This document shows positions 54,201-62,323 of a stretch of 64,000 bases of DNA, in pieces; position 1 is the stretch's first letter; every line of letters begins with the position of its first letter. The translations under genes and the position numbers were made by a program. Source of the stretch: Bacillota bacterium. Lineage in GTDB: Bacteria > Bacillota > Clostridia > Christensenellales > SZUA-584. The stretch lies in contig JAEYLC010000031.1 in NCBI GenBank assembly GCA_023461435.1, positions 23,126-87,125 on the forward strand. The letters run 5' to 3'. The notes beneath the pieces are model-generated. The model saw only the letters and a program-made list of their open reading frames with translations, made no database searches and was not told the DNA's origin.

Positions 54201-55787
54201 ATGTACAAAGTATTGATCGTAGACGACGAGGTGCTGCTGCGTGTGGGCCTCAGAACGACAATCAACTGGGAGGAAGCCGGTTTTACCGTGGTGGCGGAAG
54301 CGGCCAACGGCGAGCAGGGCTATGAGCAGTATAAGAAGCATGAACCCGACGTGGTCATCACAGATATCCGAATGCCCAAAAAAGACGGGCTGTGGCTCGT
54401 GGAAGAGATCCGCAAAGAGAACCCGTATATCCCGATACTGGTGCTGACGTGCCTTGACGAGTTCTCATACGCGAGGAACGCGCTCAAGGTGGGCGCGGAC
54501 GACTATATTTTGAAGTCCGAGGTGGAGGATGAAGAGCTTTTAAGCATGATGAACGGCGTCAAGAAAAAGCTCGATAAGCTCGGAAAGGACAAAGAGATCA
54601 GCCAATCGGCGAGCACGAGCAAAAACGATCTCCGCCGCGTGCTTTTTAACGATATCGTCAAAGCCGAATTCCGCATCGACGCCAAGCTTGAGGAGCGCTT
54701 TGCGGTGACCGGCGTGCCGCTCACCGACACGAGGTTTTCGTTTGCCGGTGTGTCCGTCTCGGAAAACGAGGGGCAGGATTCCACCGGGCAGATCAATCAG
54801 GCGGTCATCAATCTGCTGATCAATCTGCTCGACGACAAGGAGATCGCGTATCTTTTTCATATTGTGAACAACCGGTACCATTTTCTGCTGTCGTCGTCAA
54901 AGCTCAGCATACCGGAGATGAAGCGCGTTTTTTTAACCGCCAATCAGGGCGCTCAGCAATATTTTGACAAAGCGTTGCGCATCGTCTTTACGGATACGTT
55001 TGAAGACCGCGCCGCGCTTAAAGACCGGCATAACGAATTCCTGGATAAATCGGACGTGATGTTTTATCTCGAAGAACCGTCGTTTTACCTTGAGAACGCG
55101 AAGGATATCCGGTTTGAGGAGCTCAATTCGTTTGAGCTCAAAAAGAAGTACAGCCAGATGCTCATGATCGATTCCATCATGAAGGAAAACATGGAAGGCG
55201 CGAAGGAGTTTGTGGACGAGCTTTACAGATACTTTAAAAGCAAGATGGCGCCGCCGAGCAGCGTCAAGCTTTTCTTTACGGACCTCATGAACCATCTGTT
55301 TGATCACTATGCGCAGCTGCTGAACGAGGGAGCGGGTGCTCTTGACCATAAACGCTGTCACTTTGAGATCATCAACGCGACATCGCTGAAAAGCGCGTGC
55401 GGCATCATGGAACAGATGCTCTTCGGCTTTATCGAGCAGATGCGTCAGTATGTGCAGAACAATTCGCAGCTGCTGACCAATCAGGCGGTCAATTACATTC
55501 AGCAGAATTACGACAAGAAAATATCTCTTAAAGATGTGGCGGAGAACTTAAACCTTTCCAAGCAGTATCTTTGCAGCATCTTTAAGAAAGAGACCGGAGA
55601 AAACGTGTCTTACTATATCAACAAATTAAGGATAGAGAAAGCGAAAATGCTGCTGCACAAGAAAGACCGGAAGATCAAAGAGATATTTGAGGAGGTCGGT
55701 TATTCCAATCAGCAGTATTTCAGCAAGGTGTTTAAAAAGATGACGGGCATGACGATACTTGAGTATAAGGACAAGATCAACCCGTAA
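54201..55787 (+). CDS. response regulator with AraC-type HTH output (YesN-like)
   Basis: Receiver domain MYKVLIVDDE...DVVITDIRMPKKDG. The C-terminus carries SLKDVAENLNLSKQYLCSIFKK and QQYFSKVFKKMTGMT (AraC HTH). Confidence 0.9.
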   Translation: MYKVLIVDDEVLLRVGLRTTINWEEAGFTVVAEAANGEQGYEQYKKHEPDVVITDIRMPKKDGLWLVEEIRKENPYIPILVLTCLDEFSYARNALKVGADDYILKSEVEDEELLSMMNGVKKKLDKLGKDKEISQSASTSKNDLRRVLFNDIVKAEFRIDAKLEERFAVTGVPLTDTRFSFAGVSVSENEGQDSTGQINQAVINLLINLLDDKEIAYLFHIVNNRYHFLLSSSKLSIPEMKRVFLTANQGAQQYFDKALRIVFTDTFEDRAALKDRHNEFLDKSDVMFYLEEPSFYLENAKDIRFEELNSFELKKKYSQMLMIDSIMKENMEGAKEFVDELYRYFKSKMAPPSSVKLFFTDLMNHLFDHYAQLLNEGAGALDHKRCHFEIINATSLKSACGIMEQMLFGFIEQMRQYVQNNSQLLTNQAVNYIQQNYDKKISLKDVAENLNLSKQYLCSIFKKETGENVSYYINKLRIEKAKMLLHKKDRKIKEIFEEVGYSNQQYFSKVFKKMTGMTILEYKDKINP

Positions 55788-55822
55788 CACTCATGACAAA
55801 ACATGGTTTTTCGATATCTCAT

Positions 55823-55850
55823 AAGCCCGAATTGCCGGGCTTGTTTTTTT
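55823..55850 (+). terminator. intrinsic terminator after the two-component genes
   Basis: AAGCCCG-aattgc-CGGGCTT followed by GTTTTTTT. Confidence 0.8.
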
Positions 55851-55854
55851 ATCC

Positions 55855-55941
55855 CATTAAAATAGTATAAATTCGCAGCAAAATAGTGCAAAGAAAACAA
55901 GTGAAACAATCTAAACAATAAACACATTAAAATAGTATAAA
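55855..55941 (+). repeat. two exact 17-nt direct repeats, CATTAAAATAGTATAAA, 70 nt apart, with a partial third copy between them
   Basis: Copies lie at 55855-55871 and 55925-55941. AAAATAGT recurs at about 55880. The location is between the YesN-like regulator and the ABC operon it probably controls. Confidence 0.85.
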
Positions 55942-56087
55942 AACCCCGCAATCTGAGCCATTATGCCGATCCGTTTAATATCATACAATCCAATCACATA
56001 GTTCCGATAAGCGTCATTGCACGGCAAAGGAATAATAATCCTTTGCTCGCAAATGATATTGCTGGAAAAGGAAAAGAGGAGATTTCA

Positions 56088-57578
56088 ATGTCTCAGGATA
56101 TAAAGCTCAGAGTCGTGAATATAGAAAAATCGTTCCCGGGCGTGAAGGCTTTAGACAAAGTCAACTTCACCGTCAGAAAGGGAACGGTGCATGTGCTGTG
56201 CGGAGAAAACGGTGCGGGCAAGTCCACCTTAATGAAGATCATCAACGGCATCTATAAGCCGGACGCGGGCAAGATACTGATCGACGAAAAAGAGGTTGAG
56301 ATCAAAAACCCGATTCAGGCAAGACAGCTCGGAATATCGATGATTTTTCAGGAGCTCAACTATATCCCTGAACAGACGATCGCGGAGAGCTTGTGCGTCG
56401 GCAGTTGGCCAACGACCAAGTTCGGAAAGGTCAACTGGCGGGAGATCAAAAAGAGAACGGCGGAGCTGCTGAAGGCGGAAGGACTCAATTACGACCCGGA
56501 TACCAAGCTCAAGGAGCTCACGGTTTCCGATGTTCAGATACTCGAGATCATGAAGGCGATTTCCTACAGCTCGGACATCATCATCATGGACGAACCGACA
56601 TCCGCCATCACACTTAAAGAGGTTGAGGCGCTGTTTAAAAAGATCAACGAGCTCAAAAGCCGTGGCGTCGCGATCATCTATATATCCCACAAGATGGAGG
56701 AGATATTCAGAATCGCGGATGATATCACCGTGTTCCGTGACGGCACCGTTGTCGATTCGCGTCCCGTGAAGGATTACGACATGAAGACGGTCATCGCGCA
56801 GATGGTCGGCCGCAAGCTCGACGACAACTTCCCCAAGGAGAAGGTGGAGATCGGCAAAAAGGTGCTCGAAGTTTCCGGCCTGACCGGCGACGGGTTCAAG
56901 GACGTGAGCTTTCATGTGAGTGAAGGCGAAATCGTGGGATTTGCGGGCCTCATGGGCGCCGGAAGAACCGAAGTGATGCGCAGCCTGTTCGGGCTCGATA
57001 AGTTCGAATCCGGCGAGGTTACGATCAAAGGCCAGAAAGTCAAAATCAAAAATGTCCGGAGCTGCATTCAGAAGAACATCGTGATGCTGTCGGAGGACCG
57101 GCGGCGCTACGGCATCGTGCCGATCCGCAGCGTGCGTGAGAACGTGTCCTTAAGCAACTTAAAGCGCTTCATATTCGGCGGGCGGCTGCATGTGAAGATG
57201 GAGAATAAAACGATCAGCGATTACTGCGGGCGAATGAACGTTAAGACGCCGACGCTCGATACGACGGTGGACGCTCTGAGCGGCGGCAACCAGCAAAAAG
57301 TGGTGCTGGCCAAATGGATGCTGACAGACCCCGACGTGCTGATACTCGACGAGGCCACGCGCGGCATCGACGTCGGCGCGAAGTATGAGATATACAAGCT
57401 CATGACCGACCTCGTCAGGCAGAAGAAAGCGCTGGTGATGGTGTCGTCCGAGCTGCCCGAGCTTATCGGCATGTGTGACCGCATCTATGTGATGTCGCGC
57501 GGGTATATCACGGGCGAGCTCTCACGCGACGGTTTTACACAGGAACATATCATGACGCTGGCGACAGCTCAAAAATAA
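56088..57578 (+). CDS. sugar ABC transporter ATP-binding protein (tandem NBD, MglA/RbsA-like)
   Basis: ORF 56043-57578. ATG 56088 lies 7 nt after GAGGAG. It has GENGAGKSTLMK, IIMDEPTSA, GLMGAGRTE, LSGGNQQKVVLAKW and LILDEATRGIDVGAK. Confidence 0.9.
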   Translation: MSQDIKLRVVNIEKSFPGVKALDKVNFTVRKGTVHVLCGENGAGKSTLMKIINGIYKPDAGKILIDEKEVEIKNPIQARQLGISMIFQELNYIPEQTIAESLCVGSWPTTKFGKVNWREIKKRTAELLKAEGLNYDPDTKLKELTVSDVQILEIMKAISYSSDIIIMDEPTSAITLKEVEALFKKINELKSRGVAIIYISHKMEEIFRIADDITVFRDGTVVDSRPVKDYDMKTVIAQMVGRKLDDNFPKEKVEIGKKVLEVSGLTGDGFKDVSFHVSEGEIVGFAGLMGAGRTEVMRSLFGLDKFESGEVTIKGQKVKIKNVRSCIQKNIVMLSEDRRRYGIVPIRSVRENVSLSNLKRFIFGGRLHVKMENKTISDYCGRMNVKTPTLDTTVDALSGGNQQKVVLAKWMLTDPDVLILDEATRGIDVGAKYEIYKLMTDLVRQKKALVMVSSELPELIGMCDRIYVMSRGYITGELSRDGFTQEHIMTLATAQK

Positions 57579-57589
57579 GGGAGAGAAAA

Positions 57590-58561
57590 ATGAAGACAAA
57601 AGAAATGTGGGACAAAATAAAATCAAGATACAGCATTTATATCGTTCTGGTCGTCATGTTCTTCATCTGCTGGCTGGCGAATAGCAACTTTGTATCTATC
57701 GAGAACCTGTCGAACATCTCAAGACAGATCTCGGTGGGCACGATTCTCGCCTTCGGTGAAACGATACTGATCATCGCAGGCATGCTCGACCTATCGTCGG
57801 CATCCGTGCTCGCGTTTTCGGGCGTGCTCTCGGTATCGGCTTACCTCGCGACCGGCTCTCTGCTGCTCGCGTTCTTCGTCGGCGTGGCTGTGTCGGTTGT
57901 CTGCAACATCATCACGGCGGTCATCGTCACGAAATATAACGTGCCGACATTCATCGCCACCCTCTCGATGATGGCGATGGCGAGAGGTGCGGCGCTGCTT
58001 TACACCAACGGCCAGAACATCTACCAGATCGGCGATTATGTGGAATTCGGCCAGGGGTACATACTCGGGATTCCCACGCCGGTCATATTCCTGGCGGTCA
58101 CGCTGGTTGTGACGTGGTACCTGCTGAGGCACACGGTGTTCGGCCGGTCGATCTACGCGATCGGCGGCAACGAGGAGGCGGCGATCGCCTCGGGCATCAA
58201 CGTAAAGGGCAACAAAATGCTCGCGTATGTCATCAACGGTATCTTCGTGGGCGTGGCGGGTGTGCTGTTCATGTCGAGAAACAACGTCGGGTTACCGAAC
58301 GGCGCTGTCGGATATGAATTTACGGCGCTCACCGCGGCGGTCATCGGCGGTACAAGCATGACGGGCGGTATCGGTACGGCGGCAGGCACGGTGGCCGGTG
58401 CGTTCATCGTCGGATTCCTTGACAACATCATGGTGCTCTCCGGCGTGAACTCGTACTTGCAGGAAATCGTTCGCGGCGGAATTATCACACTTGCAGTGGC
58501 TTATGATATTTACGCCAAAACAAGGAAAACTAAGAAGAAGCTAGGCAATATAAACGCCTGA
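57590..58561 (+). CDS. sugar ABC transporter permease (RbsC-like)
   Basis: 323-aa hydrophobic ORF with AGMLDLSSAS, PTFIATLSMM and VIGGTSMTGGIGT. Confidence 0.9.
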   Translation: MKTKEMWDKIKSRYSIYIVLVVMFFICWLANSNFVSIENLSNISRQISVGTILAFGETILIIAGMLDLSSASVLAFSGVLSVSAYLATGSLLLAFFVGVAVSVVCNIITAVIVTKYNVPTFIATLSMMAMARGAALLYTNGQNIYQIGDYVEFGQGYILGIPTPVIFLAVTLVVTWYLLRHTVFGRSIYAIGGNEEAAIASGINVKGNKMLAYVINGIFVGVAGVLFMSRNNVGLPNGAVGYEFTALTAAVIGGTSMTGGIGTAAGTVAGAFIVGFLDNIMVLSGVNSYLQEIVRGGIITLAVAYDIYAKTRKTKKKLGNINA

Positions 58562-58612
58562 TCAATAAAGTTTGAGCGGCTCAGCCGCTCCAAAAAAAAG
58601 AGGAGGAAAAGT

Positions 58613-59641
58613 ATGAAAAAAATTCTGGCACTGATTTTGGCACTTGCATGTTTGACAGTGGCATTTGTGGGCTGCGCTCCGAACAACAACACGGCGGAAC
58701 CGAGCCAGTCGCCCAGCGCTTTGGCGAGTGAAACCGCGTCCGAGCCCGCGACCAGCGGAGCCCAGACATTCAGGGTTGCGTACATCGCCCGTGCACAAGC
58801 GGACTCGTTTGCCGCATGGCTGGCCAACTCGATCGTGGAAGAAGCAGGGAAATATGACAACATCACGATCGACGTGTTCGACGGACAGGCTTCCGATGAT
58901 AAAGAGAACTCTTTGATTGAGAATGCCATCACGAACAAGTATGACGCGATCGTCATTCAGCCGAACAACGGCGAAGCTCAGCGGCCGTATGCCGAAAAGG
59001 CAGTGAAGGCCGGTATCGTGACAATAACGACCAACGCGAGAATCTCGGGTATCGAAGGCGCGTCCTCGGTTGATGCCGATCCGTACGCTCAGGCTGCGGT
59101 GAACGCCCAGCTGGCTCTCGAGCAGGTTCCCGAAAACGCCAATGTGGTGGTTCTCAACGGACCTCCGGGAAACTTCCACGCCGACCAGAGAAGACAGAGC
59201 TGGCAGGCTGAGTTCTTCGACAAGCGCCCTGACGTCAAGATCGTAGGCGAAGAAATCGCCAACTGGAACAAGGACGAAGCGATGAACGCCATGGAAGTTT
59301 GGGTTCAGGCGAACGACAAGATCGATGCGATCATCTCGATGAACGACAACATGGCAGCCGGCGCTCTTGAAGCGGTGAAGGACAACGCGAAATTCGCGAA
59401 CATACTCTCATACGGCGTTGACGGCACAGCCGAAGCCTGCCTGCTGATCAAGGACGGCAAAATGACCTCCACAAGTCTGCAGAGCGCGTATGATTTGGCC
59501 GCGGAAATCCTCGATACGCTCGAGAAGCTGCTGACGGGTGAAGAGACACAGATCGATACGGACATCGACTGCCCGCTGATCACAAAGGATAACGTCGACC
59601 AGTACATTGAAATGCACAAAAAGGCCGGCGCGATTAAGTAA
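58613..59641 (+). CDS. sugar ABC transporter substrate-binding lipoprotein (RbsB-like)
   Basis: GAGGAGGA RBS and lipobox FVGC. The type I PBP body carries FRVAYIARAQADSF, DAIVIQPNNG and AIISMNDNMAAGA. Confidence 0.9.
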   Translation: MKKILALILALACLTVAFVGCAPNNNTAEPSQSPSALASETASEPATSGAQTFRVAYIARAQADSFAAWLANSIVEEAGKYDNITIDVFDGQASDDKENSLIENAITNKYDAIVIQPNNGEAQRPYAEKAVKAGIVTITTNARISGIEGASSVDADPYAQAAVNAQLALEQVPENANVVVLNGPPGNFHADQRRQSWQAEFFDKRPDVKIVGEEIANWNKDEAMNAMEVWVQANDKIDAIISMNDNMAAGALEAVKDNAKFANILSYGVDGTAEACLLIKDGKMTSTSLQSAYDLAAEILDTLEKLLTGEETQIDTDIDCPLITKDNVDQYIEMHKKAGAIK

Positions 59642-59667
59642 GAGAAAACAAACAGAACAGTGGAAGA

Positions 59668-59698
59668 AATGTACGCCGCAGCTTTTGCGGCGTACATT
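59668..59698 (+). other. 13-bp perfect stem-loop after the binding-protein gene (no U-tract)
   Basis: AATGTACGCCGCA-gcttt-TGCGGCGTACATT. Its placement mirrors the hairpin at 3036. Confidence 0.5.
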
Positions 59699-59729
59699 CA
59701 CATTAGCGCTGATAAATGGGGAGAAAAAG

Positions 59730-60773
59730 ATGATGACGAATAAAGCGGTTTTTATGCAGGGCACCAACAACATGGTGACAAGAGAGGTGCCGATGCCGGT
59801 ACCGGGCCCTAAGGACGTGCTGATCAAAGTGGACGTCGTGGGCATATGCGGGTCCGACGTGCACTATTATCAGCATGGGCGCATCGGCGATTTTATCGTG
59901 GAGGGCGACTTCATACTCGGGCACGAGTGCGCGGGCGAGGTCGTGGAGGTTGGCAGCGACGTGAAAAGCCTTGCCGTGGGAGACCGCGTGGCGCTCGAGC
60001 CGGGCAAAACATGCGGAAAATGCAAGTACTGCAAGCAGGGCAAATACAACCTTTGTCCCGATGTGGAGTTCTTCGCGACGCCGCCTTACCACGGCGTATT
60101 CACAAACTATGTGACGCATCCCGAGGATATGTGCTTTAAACTGCCTGATAACGTGTCGAATATGGAAGGCGCGCTGGTGGAGCCGCTCGCGGTGGGGCTG
60201 CACGCCTCCGGAACGGGCGAGGTCAAGCTCGGCGATACCGTCGTGATATTCGGCGCGGGCTGCATCGGCCTTGTCACTTTGCTGTCGTGCAAAGCGAGAG
60301 GCGCTTCCAAGGTTTATGTGGTGGATATTTTGGAGAACAGGCTCGAAACAGCGAGGAAGCTTGGCGCCACCGAAACGATCAACGCCAAAGAGTCCGATGT
60401 TTTAAAGAAGCTCGATGAGCTGACTGACGGACAGGGCGCGGATGTGGTGATTGAGACGGCGGGCTCTGAGTTTACCGTTAAGCAGACGGCGGACGTGGTG
60501 TCAAGAGGCGGCACGATCGTGATGGTCGGCATGACGCCCAAGGACGAAACCTGCTTTAACTTCATGAAGCTGATGGGCAAGGAAGGACAGCTCAGAACGA
60601 TATTCCGTTACCGCAATCTGTATCCCGTCGCGATCAACGCGATTGCGAGCGGCGCGATCAACGTGAAAGGCATCGTCAGCCATGAGTTTGATTTCGATCA
60701 TGTGAAAGAGGCGTTTGATTTTGTGGTGAACAACGCAAAAGATGTGGTGAAAGCCGTCATTAAAATCGGTTGA
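59730..60773 (+). CDS. zinc-dependent sorbitol/L-iditol 2-dehydrogenase-like polyol dehydrogenase
   Basis: ORF 59607-60773. ATG 59730 follows GGGGAG. It has GICGSDVHYY, GHECAGEV, CGKCKYCKQGKYNLC and IFGAGCIGL. Confidence 0.9.
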   Translation: MMTNKAVFMQGTNNMVTREVPMPVPGPKDVLIKVDVVGICGSDVHYYQHGRIGDFIVEGDFILGHECAGEVVEVGSDVKSLAVGDRVALEPGKTCGKCKYCKQGKYNLCPDVEFFATPPYHGVFTNYVTHPEDMCFKLPDNVSNMEGALVEPLAVGLHASGTGEVKLGDTVVIFGAGCIGLVTLLSCKARGASKVYVVDILENRLETARKLGATETINAKESDVLKKLDELTDGQGADVVIETAGSEFTVKQTADVVSRGGTIVMVGMTPKDETCFNFMKLMGKEGQLRTIFRYRNLYPVAINAIASGAINVKGIVSHEFDFDHVKEAFDFVVNNAKDVVKAVIKIG

Positions 60774-60805
60774 TACGAAACTCTTCATTGGCTTCTAGGG
60801 GAGAA

Positions 60806-60831
60806 GCGCCGGAAACAGTCCGGCGTTTTTT
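60806..60831 (+). terminator. intrinsic terminator
   Basis: GCGCCGGA-aacag-TCCGGCG followed by TTTTTT. Confidence 0.8.
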
Positions 60832-60906
60832 CTTTTCATATTCAATAATAATATGGTAATATCGGGGTGGTATCGCATATTATAACTGCCAATATAAAAA
60901 GGGGGC

Positions 60907-61296
60907 ATGAATGTGAATAAGTATCTGGTACTGCTCGTTATGGTTTTGCTCACTGCGGCGATTATGCTTGGCTGCACCGGCGGAAAGGTCTACGGTAAAG
61001 AGGATACCGATATATCGGTGAACGCGGGAGATACGTTTACCGTGAAGCTCGACGAAAACCCCACAACGGGCTATCAGTGGAGCTATACCATCAGCGATGA
61101 AAACATAGTCGAAATCAGTCAGGATGAGTATGTGGCGGATACGCATTCTGGGGAAATGACAGGCGCGGGCGGAGTGAGGTCTTTCACATTTATAGCCAAA
61201 GCCAAAGGGAATGCCGTGATTACGATGGTTTATGAGCGCAGCTGGGAAAAGAGCGAGGACGATGAAAAAATCTCGTTCCAGATAGACGTGAAATGA
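60907..61296 (+). CDS. chagasin-family (I42) cysteine-peptidase inhibitor lipoprotein
   Basis: Lipobox MLGC. FTVKLDENPTTGYQWSY carries the NPTTGY.W signature of chagasin/ICP inhibitors. GAGGVRSFTFIAKAKG is the second conserved loop region. Confidence 0.8.
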   Translation: MNVNKYLVLLVMVLLTAAIMLGCTGGKVYGKEDTDISVNAGDTFTVKLDENPTTGYQWSYTISDENIVEISQDEYVADTHSGEMTGAGGVRSFTFIAKAKGNAVITMVYERSWEKSEDDEKISFQIDVK

Positions 61297-61391
61297 TCAG
61301 CCGATCTTATTTATAAGACTCCTTTGGAACGGAGCCTGATACTTTTCCGGTATTGCCGGGAGTGAAGATAGCGCTGAAAAACCGGCAGTCG

Positions 61392-61417
61392 AAAAAGCGC
61401 ACTTTTGCAAGCGCGCT
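61392..61417 (-). terminator. terminator-like hairpin downstream of xpt
   Basis: The minus strand reads AGCGC-gcttgcaaaagt-GCGCT followed by TTTTT. Confidence 0.45.
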
Positions 61418-61442
61418 CTTATTGTCGGGTATGGAACTTATG

Positions 61443-62015
61443 TTATTCGCGGAACTGCACCGTCTGGTTTTCCATGCTGTCTATGATGGCGAGGCTTTTC
61501 ACGTTGTAACCGGCGCCGCGGAGCTTGTCGCCGCCGCCCTGAAACCCTTTCTCTATCACAATGCCGATGCCGACGACGGTGGCGCCCGCCTGCTCGCTGA
61601 TATCAAGCAGCCCTTTTTGCGCCTTGCCGGTCGCCAGAATGTCGTCAATAATTAAAATACGGTCTTCCGAAGTCAGATAACGCTTTTCGAGAATGACCGT
61701 ATAGTCTCTGCCGCGGGTATAGCTCGTGACGCTTGTCCTGTAAACGTCGCCGTCGATGTTCTTGCTTTCGGACTTTTTGGCGAAGACGATCGGCACGTTG
61801 AAATACTGCGCCGTGAGACAGGCCACAGCGATGCCGCTGGCTTCGATTGTGATGACCTTTGTGATGGTTTGTCCGTCAAAAAGGCGTCTGAATTCCTTCC
61901 CGATCTCATTGAGCAGCGAAATATCGATCTGATGATTCAAAAAACCGTCCACTTTGATGATATGGCCGTCTTTGATTCTGCCGTCCTTGCGAATCCGTTC
62001 CTTCAAAAGCTCCAT
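61443..62015 (-). CDS. xpt: xanthine phosphoribosyltransferase
   Basis: Close to Firmicute Xpt as I recall it: MELLKERIRKDGRI....IIKVDGFLNHQID..LL.EIG.EF, with the PRPP-binding loop ILIIDDILATG. Confidence 0.9.
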   Translation of the reverse strand: MELLKERIRKDGRIKDGHIIKVDGFLNHQIDISLLNEIGKEFRRLFDGQTITKVITIEASGIAVACLTAQYFNVPIVFAKKSESKNIDGDVYRTSVTSYTRGRDYTVILEKRYLTSEDRILIIDDILATGKAQKGLLDISEQAGATVVGIGIVIEKGFQGGGDKLRGAGYNVKSLAIIDSMENQTVQFRE

Positions 62016-62263
62016 TGCTTACCCCTCACCCAAACTTATTTTTATCATTATACCGCAGTATTGAAACTTTGGAAGAGAAAACGCGAAAAATGTTCGTAAT
62101 TCTATCAATTAAATATTGGATAGGGGTACAAAAGAGCGATTATTGTCCGTTTTGAAGTAAATTTGAGCATAATGTTCCACCGCTTTTAATCCATGCCGAA
62201 ACGTTATTTTTTCGAAAATCGCTGAAAAAGCTCTGCGTATTGATAAGGTTTGTTATCGGCTTG

Positions 62264-62292
62264 TTGAATATGATTATCTTCACTTGTATAAT
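62264..62292 (+). promoter_or_regulatory. sigma-70 promoter TTGAAT-17-TATAAT for the ABC exporter gene
   Basis: TTGAAT at 62264-69, a 17-nt spacer ending in TG, and TATAAT at 62287-92. The ATG at 62324 lies 31 nt downstream. Confidence 0.7.
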
Positions 62293-62323
62293 GATATACA
62301 GACTTGAAAACAGAGTACGGACA

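Noticed and set aside
62016-62200. Expected purine (guanine) riboswitch in the xpt leader.
   Set aside because: I read the minus strand of this region looking for the conserved TATAAT..GGATATGG..GTTTCTACC..CCGTAAA..ACTA blocks and found only a vague AGTTTCAATAC. No three-way junction could be drawn. The xpt gene here appears to lack the riboswitch, or the leader is too diverged for me to see. A cmsearch with the purine model would settle it.
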